64,000 bases of DNA from Wickerhamiella versatilis. Taxonomy: Eukaryota. Position numbers and translations under genes: made by a program. A model generated the notes under the pieces. That model had not been told where the DNA came from. It worked only from the letters and a program-made list of their open reading frames with translations, and made no database searches. Of the stretch, positions 40,802-51,828 are shown piece after piece. The stretch's first letter is position 1; each line of letters begins with the position of its first letter. The stretch spans positions 4,216,001-4,280,000 of the forward strand of contig JAQOWU010000008.1 of the NCBI GenBank assembly GCA_030867685.1, given 5' to 3'.

Positions 40802-42241
40802 ATGGATGGTGAGCCCCTGCTAGGAAATGTGTCGCCAGTCAGGCAGTTAGGAACCGTCTCTGCAACGTTCCTAATTCTAAACCGTATTATAGGAACTGGC
40901 GTTTTCAGTGTTCCGTCTGGTATCTATGAACTCACCGGAAGCATTGGCTGGACACTTGTTCTCTGGTGCTTAGGCGGCTTTATTGCCGCATGTGGGTTTG
41001 CCGTCTACTTAGAATACGGCATTGAAATGCCAGCAAGTGGGGGAGAAAAAAATTATCTTGAGCGTGTATACAAATGGCCTAAGCATCTCCTTCTAACAAT
41101 ATTTGTATTTGCAGCCGTTTTCTTGTCCTTTAGCGCATCCAATTCTTATGCGTTCGGACTTTATATACAATTAGGGCTTGGAATTGAGCCTAATGAGTCT
41201 GTATCGCGGTATATCGCCACATTTACGGTTCTTTCTATTTGTGCCCTGCATGCAAGATTCCCACACTTTGGAAGAGTTGCTTTCAATTGCTTGGGAGCCA
41301 CAAAAGTCATAGTATTAGTTTTAGTTGCTCTTTGCAGTCCTATGATATGGCTTGGTATATTGGATGTCCCAAACAGACCGAATAATTTTCAGAACGCATT
41401 CAAAAATGATGGCTTTGGAGGTAGTCTTTATGAGGTGAGTATTGCTCTTCTTCGAATCTCATATTCTTATCGTGGCTGGGAAACTTGTAATATGGTTATG
41501 GGAGAAGTGCATAATCCTGCAAAAACTGTTGCTAGGGCTGGCAGCTTGGCCCTTATTGGTATTACAATTTTGTACACTCTTTGCTCGATCTCGTACTTCA
41601 TGGTAATACCTAAGGGAGAGATTATTGATTCCGGGGTAATAATTGCTGGCGTTTTCTTCCTTAAATTATTTGGTGAGACAGGTGCAACTCGGATGTTGCC
41701 ACTCTCTATCTGTTTGTCTAATCTCGGAAACATATTAGTAGTTTCATATGCGGCATCGAGAGTAATTCAACAGTCTGGGCAGCATAACATTCTACCATTC
41801 TCGCGCTACATAAGTTCATCAAAGCCATGGGGCACGCCTATTGCTGGGCTAGTAATTCATGCTACAATGTCTGCTGTCACACTTCTAGCACCTCCTCCTG
41901 GTGAGGTGTATGGATTTGTTATTGATCTTTCAACGTACCCTATCAGCTTATTTGCTACTCTTATCACTGCCGGCCTTCTTTATCTACATTATAACTCTGA
42001 GCGAGAAAATTGGTCTGCCCATCAGTTCTATGCCCCAACTAGCCTTGTTATTATCTTTTTGCTTGCGAACATAGCAACTATCGTCTTTCCTTGGGTCCCG
42101 CCTAAAACACCTTCGAATACTGTTCTCCCATATTATGCCAGTCCTTTGGGGGCTTTGATCGTACTAGCTATTGGGGCACTCTACTGGGTATATTGTAATT
42201 ATTCCGGTCGTATTAGGGCTATTCAATTGGATGACGCATAG
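40802..42241 (+). CDS. APC/LAT-family amino-acid permease, Mup1-like
   Basis: LILNRIIGTGVFSVPS, SGGEKNYLE, SYRGWE, SNLGNILVVSY; about 12 TM segments. Confidence 0.85.
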   Translation: MDGEPLLGNVSPVRQLGTVSATFLILNRIIGTGVFSVPSGIYELTGSIGWTLVLWCLGGFIAACGFAVYLEYGIEMPASGGEKNYLERVYKWPKHLLLTIFVFAAVFLSFSASNSYAFGLYIQLGLGIEPNESVSRYIATFTVLSICALHARFPHFGRVAFNCLGATKVIVLVLVALCSPMIWLGILDVPNRPNNFQNAFKNDGFGGSLYEVSIALLRISYSYRGWETCNMVMGEVHNPAKTVARAGSLALIGITILYTLCSISYFMVIPKGEIIDSGVIIAGVFFLKLFGETGATRMLPLSICLSNLGNILVVSYAASRVIQQSGQHNILPFSRYISSSKPWGTPIAGLVIHATMSAVTLLAPPPGEVYGFVIDLSTYPISLFATLITAGLLYLHYNSERENWSAHQFYAPTSLVIIFLLANIATIVFPWVPPKTPSNTVLPYYASPLGALIVLAIGALYWVYCNYSGRIRAIQLDDA

Positions 42242-42336
42242 TTAAACCCTTACCTTGGATGTTATGCAATTGAGTCACTTGGGAGTCATTGTGCCCTAAC
42301 CTTTTTCACAAAATCTCCATTGTACCTTTCACTCGG

Positions 42337-43947
42337 ATGCTGGATGCGCAGGGTACTGTGCAGGACCAAGGACGCCTATTCACTGATAGTTCAGATGGAT
42401 ATGATCGACAGGTACTGAATTTGCGTACTGAAAAGAGCGTGGGCGAAGAACTTTCGTTTTCTGACCATTCTTACGAGCAAAGCGACCCGGAACATGCCAA
42501 AAAGTTAGACAGATTATACCGCAAGCTAGATTTGAGAATAGTTCCACCATTATGGTGCTTATACTTTCTCAGTTCCTATGGATCAGCTGCTTACGGAAAT
42601 GCATTAACTATGAATCAATCAGTTGGCCATTCTCTACCACAGCATCTTCAAATGTCAAGTTCACAAACATCTACCGCTACAGCTCTCGATTATGTTGGTG
42701 TTATTATACTTGATCTGCCAATGAATCTTATAATGTCACGTGTTGCACCACAAGCATGGATGTCTCGAATTATTATCAGTGTGGGTCTTGTATATGCTTG
42801 TTTCGCAGCAGTAAGCACTGCACGTGGAGCTGTAGCTTTGAGATTCTTTACTGGTGCCGTGAGTGCTGGGGTTTGGCCAGGGATGACTTACTATATCAGT
42901 ATGTGGTACCCGAATGAACGCGCCATCTCAAGAATTGGATATTATTATACCGCGGCACAGCTAAGTGCTGCTGTTGCAGGACTTCTGGCAGCAGCATTCC
43001 AAAAAATGGATGGACAGTTAGGATATACTGGCTTTCAATGGATGTTTTTAATTTATGGATGTGTCACAGCTGCGGTAGGTATTGTTCTTCTTTGGTGGCT
43101 ACCTGATCGCCCTAAAGGTCTATTGGATAAAATGGGAAAGGACACTTCCTTTTGGGGATCAAAGAAGTTTGCGTGGTTGAAGTCACCATCACCCCTCAAT
43201 GAAGAAGAACAAAGGCTACACGACGCTGATATGTCAGACCGTTATACACCTCCGCTGTGGGGCTTTTCTGATCTATTGGCAATAATATTAGATGTACGAA
43301 TATGGCCATTTGTTATGATGTATTTTGGTGTCGTTGGGGTTGGCATAGGCATCGAGAACTATGCCACGACTATAATACAGAAAATGAATCCCAACTTCTC
43401 ATCGGTGACTGTCTCACTACTTTACGCCCCCATTTGGCTATTTGATCTTGCTGAGATACTGTTAGTAACTCCTTTCTCGGATCTGTTTTCTAACAACAGA
43501 GGAATTATTTTTTCAGCCTCTACATCTATTATAATTGCAGGTCTATTCGTCGCAACATATGCTCATGATTATTGGTCTCGCTGGGGTGGCCTATTGATCT
43601 GCGGTTTTGGACTTGGCGCAACAGTGCCAACTACCATGGGATGGGCGGCTCATGTGTTCTACGTACATCATGGAGATGTAGGGGCAGCAGCCTCTTCTGC
43701 ATTGGTATCAGGTCTTGGTAATCTTGGTTCTGTTACTACAACTTTTGCACTATACACAGGATGGCCCGAAGACACCAATTATCATTATAGTAACATGGTC
43801 ATGGTTGCTATACTGGGGGTGAGTCTGATTAGTGCTTTGTGTAATACACTTTTGAGATACTTTCTTGGAGACTTTGGCGACAAATCCCTAGTGGATGTTA
43901 CTTTCCTGCGCATATTTTCCCGGCGATCAACAAAGTTTCATGCTTGA
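42337..43947 (+). CDS. MFS anion:cation symporter (Dal5/Vht1/Tna1-like family)
   Basis: LYRKLDLRIVP, WMSRI, AGVWPGMTYYISMWY, GFQWMFLIYG, WLPDRP motifs; substrate not assignable. Confidence 0.85.
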   Translation: MLDAQGTVQDQGRLFTDSSDGYDRQVLNLRTEKSVGEELSFSDHSYEQSDPEHAKKLDRLYRKLDLRIVPPLWCLYFLSSYGSAAYGNALTMNQSVGHSLPQHLQMSSSQTSTATALDYVGVIILDLPMNLIMSRVAPQAWMSRIIISVGLVYACFAAVSTARGAVALRFFTGAVSAGVWPGMTYYISMWYPNERAISRIGYYYTAAQLSAAVAGLLAAAFQKMDGQLGYTGFQWMFLIYGCVTAAVGIVLLWWLPDRPKGLLDKMGKDTSFWGSKKFAWLKSPSPLNEEEQRLHDADMSDRYTPPLWGFSDLLAIILDVRIWPFVMMYFGVVGVGIGIENYATTIIQKMNPNFSSVTVSLLYAPIWLFDLAEILLVTPFSDLFSNNRGIIFSASTSIIIAGLFVATYAHDYWSRWGGLLICGFGLGATVPTTMGWAAHVFYVHHGDVGAAASSALVSGLGNLGSVTTTFALYTGWPEDTNYHYSNMVMVAILGVSLISALCNTLLRYFLGDFGDKSLVDVTFLRIFSRRSTKFHA

Positions 43948-44032
43948 CTTCCAAGGTTTTAGTTGTTCAAACTAATATAATACTTATGGATGGTGATAGA
44001 TAGATAGGTAATAATAACTAAAAATGACTCAA

Positions 44033-46570
44033 TTACGTAGAACGTGAAATCCACGGATGGCTCAAGACTTCTTCTGCCGTTGGACGGGTTTCAAGATTAC
44101 GACGAAGGAGCAAATGAATTAAGTTAGTACACTCAACTGACATGTCATACGGCACCTGAATATTTGCTGCCATTATTTCATCCACATCACGAAATGGCGT
44201 CTCTCTATAGACAACAGTAAACAGTAAGATACCAAGTGCCCAGATATCTTGAGGAGGACCAGTGTATGGCGTGCCCTCCAAGATCTCGGGCGCGGCGTAA
44301 TCTACAGTGCCGACAAACACATCAAAAGGACCCTTGGAAACATAAGCAGCGGATCCCAGATCAATTAGTTTTATTTCTCCTCTTTCATCCACAATGATAT
44401 TTTCATCCTTAATATCACGATGGACTATGCCGAGCGAATGAAGGTGTATAACAGCTGAAAGCACCTGTCGAAAAATGTCACGAGACTCCGCTTCCGACAT
44501 TTTTGCGCGCATCTCTATATAGTCAAAAAGGTCGACACCCGGGTTACCTGCCCGTGGCATTTCAACGTGAAAGCATTCTTCGTCTTCGAAATAATCGATA
44601 AGCTCTATGATATTTGGATGTGGCTGCATACGAAGCTGGTTCATAATTTTGATTTCATTTGGTATGGTACCAAGCTGGCGATCACGGCTCCATGTATCTA
44701 CCAGGATGCGCGTTTTGACAATACTTTTCAGTGCAACTGGTTCCTGCGTAGGATCATCTTTTGGTCGTACCAAACGTACCTTGCCATACGCGCCTTCTCC
44801 AAGAACTTGTAATATATCGAAATCTGAAAGCTTCAATTCACGGCGTCTTGCACCGACGCGGAAACTATGAGATCGTCTTGGGGTACCTGGTGGTGTGTTG
44901 GGCTTCGATCCGGGTAATGATGACACCGTAGATGAGACAGTGGAAGCCGTGGAGGCTGAAGATGCATGATGGTGATGATGGCTTTGAGCAACATTGGAGA
45001 TATACAGGGCTAGCTGAGATGGCATCTGTACTTCTTTAGTTGAGAAGGGTGTACGCGAATAGCTCAGCCATAAGACAAGACAGCTCTTATCGACAACACG
45101 AAGTTGTACATCAACGCAAATACTAGATCCATCCTTCGCAAGGGCTTTAACTCCTCCAGTTGGGTGGTCTCCATAAAAGCTATCAGCATCTTTACATGCT
45201 ACCTGTCGAAACATGTGTTCAGGTATGACTACGCCTGGTAGTTGTATAGGTTGCGCGATTAATGTTTCAATATCCTTAAGGTGAAGCATGAATCGAGGTA
45301 TAAGCGCATCTACCCGCTGGCCAACTAGTTGCAAGCGACCGATACCTAACATGTAGTACATGATGGCAGTATTATAGCTGGTGATACAGAAGTTAGAATC
45401 CAACACTACAGCACCAGCCATAACGGATGGGGCTCTCAGGCGCACTTTATCAGCATTTCTGGATACCACTGTGGGAATTGCTTCATTACCCAGCCGTAAT
45501 GCTACATGTTTTAACTGATCCTCTTCTGGTGTTGCTTTGAGTAGATTTGGGACTTCTCGCATTGAGGGCGATGGAACACTTCCCTCCCAGCTGAGTGGCT
45601 TACCTTCCTGATCCAGTTTGACTTCACATAAATCGGCATTGAGCTCTTCCACAACCCAAAGTAGAAAGTGGGACTGACGTTCAACCCATACAGCCGCAAG
45701 TCCCTCGTTCCCATCTGCCTTTGCAATATCCAGAAGAGAGCCACTAAGTAGCACCTGTGTGCTTGTCTCGAATACGTGAGTGCCTACTGGACACTCGAGT
45801 TTCTGTACCACGTTTGACTTGGCTTGTGGGCCCACAAAGTCAAGAAAGCTTCTGGAGTGAGCTTTCTCCTGAGATGTACCAAATATTAAACATGCCATAT
45901 CATTAAGACTCAATATAAGAAAGGGGCGGGTGGTTGTGGTGGTAAAAACAGCCCGCATGTTCTTATGTTTGGATGGGGCATGAAACAAAGGCGTAGGATC
46001 ACAAATACACTTAACACTTTCCTTTAACATAGCAGGAATAGCAAGTATGCTGGATGTCCTTCGAAACATCGATGGCCGAATTTGCTGCGACTGCACAGGT
46101 TCTCGCGGTGTGTCATAGTACGGCATGGTGAGCACCTCCAGGACTCCAGGATCATCTGAGGGAGCAAGTCGGTTTATTGAGGTCATCCATAGAGCACTCT
46201 CTTTTTTAAAGGGAACCAGCGGCGTTGTAGGATCATCCCTGACTGTTTCCACCAGTTTCTCAATTGTCGTGACATAGCCCTCTATATTAGTAGGAAGCAC
46301 ACATTGATCACCCACCAAAGACTCTAGGGAACGTAATATTACTGCCAAGCGGGCTGAAAGTATTTGAGAGGTACCCTGGGAGTAAGTGAAGCTAAACAAG
46401 CTCGTGGCAATCGCTGCGGGTCCCGTAGATTCCGCACTCAAGGGTCGTACAGGAGAGCTAGGTCGACGTTGCCTTTGTTCAGTACCCTTCACTCGATTCT
46501 GCATGCCACGATTCGGTAAAAACACCGCGCCGCTACCGTCACTTTCCTCCTCGCTAGAACCGGGACCCAT
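44033..46570 (-). CDS. PSK1: PAS-domain Ser/Thr kinase (Psk1/Psk2)
   Basis: AVFTT...ILSLNDMACLIFG PAS region; kinase LGEGAYGKV, RILVDTWSRDRQLGTIP, HRDIKDEN, GPFDVFVGTVDYAAPE. Confidence 0.88.
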   Translation of the reverse strand: MGPGSSEEESDGSGAVFLPNRGMQNRVKGTEQRQRRPSSPVRPLSAESTGPAAIATSLFSFTYSQGTSQILSARLAVILRSLESLVGDQCVLPTNIEGYVTTIEKLVETVRDDPTTPLVPFKKESALWMTSINRLAPSDDPGVLEVLTMPYYDTPREPVQSQQIRPSMFRRTSSILAIPAMLKESVKCICDPTPLFHAPSKHKNMRAVFTTTTTRPFLILSLNDMACLIFGTSQEKAHSRSFLDFVGPQAKSNVVQKLECPVGTHVFETSTQVLLSGSLLDIAKADGNEGLAAVWVERQSHFLLWVVEELNADLCEVKLDQEGKPLSWEGSVPSPSMREVPNLLKATPEEDQLKHVALRLGNEAIPTVVSRNADKVRLRAPSVMAGAVVLDSNFCITSYNTAIMYYMLGIGRLQLVGQRVDALIPRFMLHLKDIETLIAQPIQLPGVVIPEHMFRQVACKDADSFYGDHPTGGVKALAKDGSSICVDVQLRVVDKSCLVLWLSYSRTPFSTKEVQMPSQLALYISNVAQSHHHHHASSASTASTVSSTVSSLPGSKPNTPPGTPRRSHSFRVGARRRELKLSDFDILQVLGEGAYGKVRLVRPKDDPTQEPVALKSIVKTRILVDTWSRDRQLGTIPNEIKIMNQLRMQPHPNIIELIDYFEDEECFHVEMPRAGNPGVDLFDYIEMRAKMSEAESRDIFRQVLSAVIHLHSLGIVHRDIKDENIIVDERGEIKLIDLGSAAYVSKGPFDVFVGTVDYAAPEILEGTPYTGPPQDIWALGILLFTVVYRETPFRDVDEIMAANIQVPYDMSVECTNLIHLLLRRNLETRPTAEEVLSHPWISRST

Positions 46571-47148
46571 CGCGCCTGACAAAGCTCTTTTCGTCCGTCC
46601 CCTTGGTTAAGATAACACCACATTGCGAACAAATAACGCATCAATATTTAATTTTAGAAAATATTTTATTAGGCCATGCTTCACAAAAATGTCGTTTTGA
46701 CAAGCAGCATCCGTACCTATCATCTTAAAGGTCACCACTTTACCAAGAAACGATTATGTGGTAGTTTAGCAATCAGCACATGGTCAGCTGACATATAGAG
46801 TCAACACGCTAAAGTAAGCGAAATCCAATTTACGAGTATCCTTCCTAGGACAAGTTACTGCTAGACCATTTAGACTGGGGCTAATAAATCAGGAAAATGC
46901 GCTAATTCGTTAGAGGCTTTATATCAGTTCACAAGATTTTGTTCTTGTAAACATGTGTGTAGGGCAGTTTGCACCGAATCCGTTCAATCACCTTCTTCCT
47001 ATTACAGCACGTATATAGCACATATACACGCAACGCTATATATATGTGGGGAGATGACGGGGCGGATACGAAGTGAGCGATTAATAATATTTTCCTTGGG
47101 AGCTTACTAGCCAATAGGCGATTCACTCTTATTCCATTCACAAAAAGA

Positions 47149-47664
47149 ATGCTTCGGACCCTGCTTCGCGCTAACGCACCCCTTGCTCAACGCCAGGTTT
47201 TTTCCGGAGTACGTTTCACTAGTGCTATCAGTGCTCCAACTCTCCGTGGCCTCAATAAGAGATGGGGCAACATGACGGAGGTAGAACGCGACGATGTCAT
47301 TGGCCAGCTTGCCGAACGCCAGAAGGCAGACTGGAATGAACTCACTCCACTTGAGAAGCAGGCGGCATGGTATGTGAGCTATGGTGAATGGGGACCCAGG
47401 CGTCCGATTCACCCCCCTGGAAGCTCGGCCTATATCTTTAAGGGTATCCTGCTTGGCATTCTCATCTCGGGAGGACTGTTCTTCGGAAGCCGCTTGCTTA
47501 CCCCTCCTCTTCCTAAGACCATGGCAAGAGAGTGGCAGGCCAAATCCAATGAGATTCTTGCCGACGTCAATGCCGAGCCATTCTCTGGTTATAATCAAAT
47601 CCAGTCCCCACCCACAGGTATTTCTGAGGCTGAAGTTGAGGAGGAAGAGGATGAAGACCTGTAA
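47149..47664 (+). CDS. COX5: Cytochrome c oxidase subunit V (COX4 family)
   Basis: Presequence, then RQKADWNELTPLEKQAAWYVSYGEWGPR, single TM, PKTMAREWQ. Confidence 0.95.
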   Translation: MLRTLLRANAPLAQRQVFSGVRFTSAISAPTLRGLNKRWGNMTEVERDDVIGQLAERQKADWNELTPLEKQAAWYVSYGEWGPRRPIHPPGSSAYIFKGILLGILISGGLFFGSRLLTPPLPKTMAREWQAKSNEILADVNAEPFSGYNQIQSPPTGISEAEVEEEEDEDL

Positions 47665-47775
47665 TTCTCCCAATTATTCTAGTGTCTGATAACGCTTTAT
47701 ATTATTCTTTTTACTCTTATAAGCCTTATCTAGGTAGGAAAAAAAAGTGAGTAAGCAACCTTTTTTTGTAGGATA

Positions 47776-49356
47776 ATGGATCGAAGGTGGGTGCAAATAA
47801 TTTGCGCTGTCCTTTGGAACTTGTTGGCAGCAGGTCCAGTATTTGGATTCGCCGCCCTTAAACCTATTCTTATCAGCGAAGGGGTTTATGCTGATGTTTG
47901 TAAAGCGTCAACGACTGATAATGAGCCCTGTGTTGAACAGGACCTCAAGCTCAACTTCATCTTCACTGTCGCTGCTGGATTGACTAACATTGTTGCCTTT
48001 TTTGTGGGGTTTGTCCTTGATAACCATGGGCCTCGCGTATGTGGGTTTATCGGAAGTTTTCTGCTAGCCTGGGGGTCACTCACAATGGCCTTTGCACCGA
48101 CCAGCAAGTTTGATTCCTTGCGTTCTTGGTTCCCTTCTCTAGACCCATACCTTTGCGGTTATTCATTGCTTGCCCTTGGAGGGCCATTTGTGTTCATTTC
48201 AACATTTCAACTGGCCAACACTTTCCCAAAGCACTCGGGTAAGATATTGGCCTCCATTACTGGTGCTTTCGACACCTCGTCTGCACTGTTCATGATATGG
48301 CGCCTGATTTATCAGAACTATACCTCAAAATTAGGAATTCAACAGTTTTTCACTGGCTACTTGGTAGTACCGGTGTTTATATTCCTCTGCCAACTTTTCA
48401 TCATGCCCACAAGCTCTTATGTGTCTTTAGGCGTTACAAGAAAGTTCGAAATTGAGGGTCTAGATGCCGATGGTAATCTTGTTTTAGGTGATGATGGTGC
48501 ACGCGCTATTCCTGATTCGGGTGTGCGGGAAGAGGCTATCAGACGCCAGTCTGTCTCGGCACAATCTACACCTTCAGTAAACAACAAAAGGGTCCGCCAG
48601 GTATCAACTCTCGCTGATCGTCGTAAATCTATCCTTGAAGAACATGTGAGCCAGCGTCTAGAACAATCCACACACGGAATTTATGGAATTCTGCATGATG
48701 AGCCAGTAAGTAAACAGCTGGCAACACCATGGTTCGTCCTGATGCTCTGCTTTACGGTGATTTGCATGCTCCGAATCAATTATTTCGTGGCTACAGTACG
48801 CTCCCAAGAGAACTATTTGCTCGGTAGCTTTGAGTCTGCACAGAGGATGGGTGGTATATTCGACATTGCTTTGCCCTTGGGTGGCCTTGTAGCGATTCCT
48901 TTGATTGGTATTGCCCTCGATACTATTAGTACCCTCTATATCCTTGAATTCATTGTTTGTGTCAGCGTGACTATCGGCATATTGGGCTGTTTTCACAGCT
49001 TTGTCCTAAATCTGATCGGAATTCTAATTCTCGTGGTCTATCGTCCATTTTATTATACCGTTGTCTCTGATTATAGCGCAAAAGTATTTGGTTTTGTTAC
49101 TTTTGGTACCGTTTATGGGCTTGCCATGTCGATATCTGGTGTTCTAAATATGCTGCAATCAGTCATTGACCGCTTGACAAAGACATATTTTAAGTCAAAC
49201 CCGATTCCTATCAATATAATCCTTACAGGGCTTACACTACTCTTTGGCGTTTCCCTTGTCACATATGCTAAGCAGCAGGGTGAAAAACGCCTCGCTGCCC
49301 TTAATTCTAGCGCCGTAGAGGACTATGGTGCCGTTGATGACTCTGATCCAAGATAG
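47776..49356 (+). CDS. FMP42: MFS transporter Fmp42 (SLC43-like)
   Basis: AAGPVFGFAALKPILISEGVY, QDLKLN, GAFDTSSA, MLRINYFVATV, RPFYYT, FGFVTFGTVYG. Confidence 0.9.
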   Translation: MDRRWVQIICAVLWNLLAAGPVFGFAALKPILISEGVYADVCKASTTDNEPCVEQDLKLNFIFTVAAGLTNIVAFFVGFVLDNHGPRVCGFIGSFLLAWGSLTMAFAPTSKFDSLRSWFPSLDPYLCGYSLLALGGPFVFISTFQLANTFPKHSGKILASITGAFDTSSALFMIWRLIYQNYTSKLGIQQFFTGYLVVPVFIFLCQLFIMPTSSYVSLGVTRKFEIEGLDADGNLVLGDDGARAIPDSGVREEAIRRQSVSAQSTPSVNNKRVRQVSTLADRRKSILEEHVSQRLEQSTHGIYGILHDEPVSKQLATPWFVLMLCFTVICMLRINYFVATVRSQENYLLGSFESAQRMGGIFDIALPLGGLVAIPLIGIALDTISTLYILEFIVCVSVTIGILGCFHSFVLNLIGILILVVYRPFYYTVVSDYSAKVFGFVTFGTVYGLAMSISGVLNMLQSVIDRLTKTYFKSNPIPINIILTGLTLLFGVSLVTYAKQQGEKRLAALNSSAVEDYGAVDDSDPR

Positions 49357-49478
49357 TTGACTATGAACCTGGAAATAAAAATGAGATATCACGTTCTAAG
49401 TGATAATGAAACAAACTCGAAAGACAATTTACCTGGAATTTTTTTATTTTGAGTATATACTTATTTAAAGTCTTGAAG

Positions 49479-51125
49479 TTAGTGGTCGCTAACGTCATGT
49501 GTCCGTGAGATACTAAAGACTTTTCCTGGATTCAGAATCATATGTGGATCATATGCCTGCTTCAATTGCCTCATGGCATCGACAGCGATTTGTCCGACTT
49601 CTTCAATGACATAGTGACGTTTACCTACACCAACGCCATGCTCACCGGTACAGGTGCCGTCAAGAGCCAGAGCTCTTTTTATCATAAGATGAACTGCATC
49701 TGAGACCTCCTTTGTCTGGGTTTCAGGGTCATATGTTAAGAGTGCGTGGAAATTTCCATCCCCTACATGACCAACAATGCCCCCACGAATTCCCAAAGAT
49801 TGCAATTCCTCCTTCGTCTTGCTGATGATTTCTGTGAGATGAGATATCGGAACAGCCACGTCGGTTGTCCAGCACTTATGCCCCTTTGGTGCTGCGAAGA
49901 AAACCGACCATAGTGCAGTTTTTCTAGCAGACCATAGCTCTTCTGTTTCATCCTCATTTTTTGCGAATTCGAAGGATAACGATTTGTTTTCAACTGAGAT
50001 CTTTTTAACATCCTCAATCAAGTTTTCCACAGTGGAATCCGAAGAACCAGCAAACCTCAAAAGTAATGTATGCTTCTCACTCCACTTCCGATCTGTTGCA
50101 CCTGAATCGTTTATGATTTTCATCATATTGTCATCCAAAAATTCCATGGCATCAAGAATGAGTCCCGACTGAAGGATCTTCTCAACAGTATCTGTGGCAT
50201 TTTTAGGTGTATCAAAGGTCAAGAGACCCACGCGCCTAATAGGAGGGATAGGATGTAACTTCAATGTTGCTTCTGTCACAATGCCAAGAGTACCTTCTGC
50301 CCCGACAAACACATCGGTAAGACTATACCCAGCACTCGACTTTCTTGGTCGTTGTCTGGTCTTGATGATAGATCCATCAGCAAGGACAACCGTGAGGTTA
50401 ACAACATTCTGCCTCATGGTACCATACCTATAAGCATTTGTCCCTGAACAGCACGTACCAGTCATGCCACCTATCTGTGCCCCGGGTCCTGGATCAGGGC
50501 CAAAAAACACATCATACGGCTTTAGCTGATCATTTAGATCCTCCCATCCAATAGCAGGTTGCACAACAACATCAAGGTCGTCTTTGTGAACCGCAAGTAT
50601 GTTGCACATGTTACTCATATCTAATGATATTCCACCATAGACAGGTGTGAAATGACCCTCAAGCGATGTACCACCTGAGAAGGCAGTAACTGGCACTCGA
50701 TAGTCATGGCATATCTTAAGGATTTTTGATACTTCTTCGGTGGACGAAGGATATACAATAGTCTGTGGCTTCTCTCCCTTTTTGGGATGGCGCGTTTGCC
50801 AACCCGAATCAGCGTGCGTATCAAGCAAATCAGCTTCGTCGGTAACGTTGTCATTTCCCACTATTTTTTTGATTTCAGCAACAGCAGCTTTTTCCTCGGA
50901 AAGACTTGCATATTTTGGCTCCTTCAATTCATCTAATGGAAGCGTACTGTTTGCTTTAGTATCTGGAGCTGCTTTAAACTGGTTATAAGCGAGAAGTCCA
51001 GAAGCCAATCCTGATGAAAAAATAAGCGATGTTGTTAACAACTTGCTTTGGCTACTCCTTCCAGCACTTGATGATGATCCGAAGCGACGAGCGCTACCTA
51101 ATATTCTACCAAAACTTCTCCTCAT
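49479..51125 (-). CDS. DLD1: Mitochondrial FAD-linked D-lactate dehydrogenase (cytochrome)
   Basis: FSGGTSLEGH, PDPGPGAQIGGM, SGTNAYRYGTM, GHVGDGNFH, GTCTGEHGVG; presequence. Confidence 0.92.
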   Translation of the reverse strand: MRRSFGRILGSARRFGSSSSAGRSSQSKLLTTSLIFSSGLASGLLAYNQFKAAPDTKANSTLPLDELKEPKYASLSEEKAAVAEIKKIVGNDNVTDEADLLDTHADSGWQTRHPKKGEKPQTIVYPSSTEEVSKILKICHDYRVPVTAFSGGTSLEGHFTPVYGGISLDMSNMCNILAVHKDDLDVVVQPAIGWEDLNDQLKPYDVFFGPDPGPGAQIGGMTGTCCSGTNAYRYGTMRQNVVNLTVVLADGSIIKTRQRPRKSSAGYSLTDVFVGAEGTLGIVTEATLKLHPIPPIRRVGLLTFDTPKNATDTVEKILQSGLILDAMEFLDDNMMKIINDSGATDRKWSEKHTLLLRFAGSSDSTVENLIEDVKKISVENKSLSFEFAKNEDETEELWSARKTALWSVFFAAPKGHKCWTTDVAVPISHLTEIISKTKEELQSLGIRGGIVGHVGDGNFHALLTYDPETQTKEVSDAVHLMIKRALALDGTCTGEHGVGVGKRHYVIEEVGQIAVDAMRQLKQAYDPHMILNPGKVFSISRTHDVSDH

Positions 51126-51161
51126 ATTGCCGAGGGGAGTTGAGAATGAAACAAGGTAGGT

Positions 51162-51631
51162 TTAGTCAGTACGACCCAAGTCAGTGACAATAACGTCAGT
51201 GGGTCCCGATGTCAGCTGTCACAAATAAATGTAAAAATATGAGAATTAACAGTTTATATACGCAAACAATTCCTGAAATCTCTATTGTTACACTATTCGT
51301 ACTACTCGGGGCAAGTTAGTCAGTAATACGACACATGTAAGTGACATCGCGCGAGTGGGTCCCGAAGTCAGCAGTCAGACATTGATTTAGAAATATGTGA
51401 ATTAGCAGTTTATCTACGCAAACAACTCCTGAACTCTTTTGTTGCACTATTTCGTACCACTCGTGTTAGTCAGTATATAAGATTTAGTGGGCTATCTTGC
51501 ATTGTCCAACCAGCCTCGGGTAGGAACAATGACGTGATTGGATCGCAACGTCAGCAGTCACACATCAATATGAAAATATGAATTAGCAATTTATCGACGC
51601 AAACAATTCCTGAAATCTTTTATCGTACCAC
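51162..51631. repeat. Three diverged direct tandem repeats of ~150-165 bp in the DLD1/formamidase divergent intergenic region
   Basis: Units start TTAGTCAGTA at 51162, 51316 and 51466; shared blocks GTCAGC(T/A)GTCA, AAATATG..AATTA(A/G)CA(G/A)TTTAT, ACGCAAACAA(T/C)TCCTGAA and TCGTAC(T/C)AC; AGTGGGTCCCGA in units 1 and 2. Confidence 0.9.
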
Positions 51632-51828
51632 ATAATATCTCATCTATAATTGTAATAAATCCAGCACCAAATGAGCTCATCAATTACAGATTTTATACTG
51701 GAATTTTAATTCCCTGCTTGATTTTTTTGGGGTTTATAACTTATTCAATTCCAAATTGATGGTGGCAAACAACGCATAGAGCATCTGAAGTGAGTAATCG
51801 TTTATCAGCTAGTAAGCAAAATATTAGG

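Noticed and set aside
47107-47673. 188-aa minus-strand ORF, and similar shadow ORFs such as 11759-12196 and 31452-31943
   Set aside because: Antisense shadows of well-supported genes (COX5, MOCS1, GIR2) with no recognisable motifs
47747-47771. GTGAGT...TTTTTTTGTAG mini-intron upstream of FMP42
   Set aside because: Only 25 nt with no clear branch point; too short to support without RNA data
51162-51631. Repeat array as a CRISPR-like locus
   Set aside because: Units are similar along most of their length with no short identical repeat/unique spacer pattern; no cas genes; eukaryotic context
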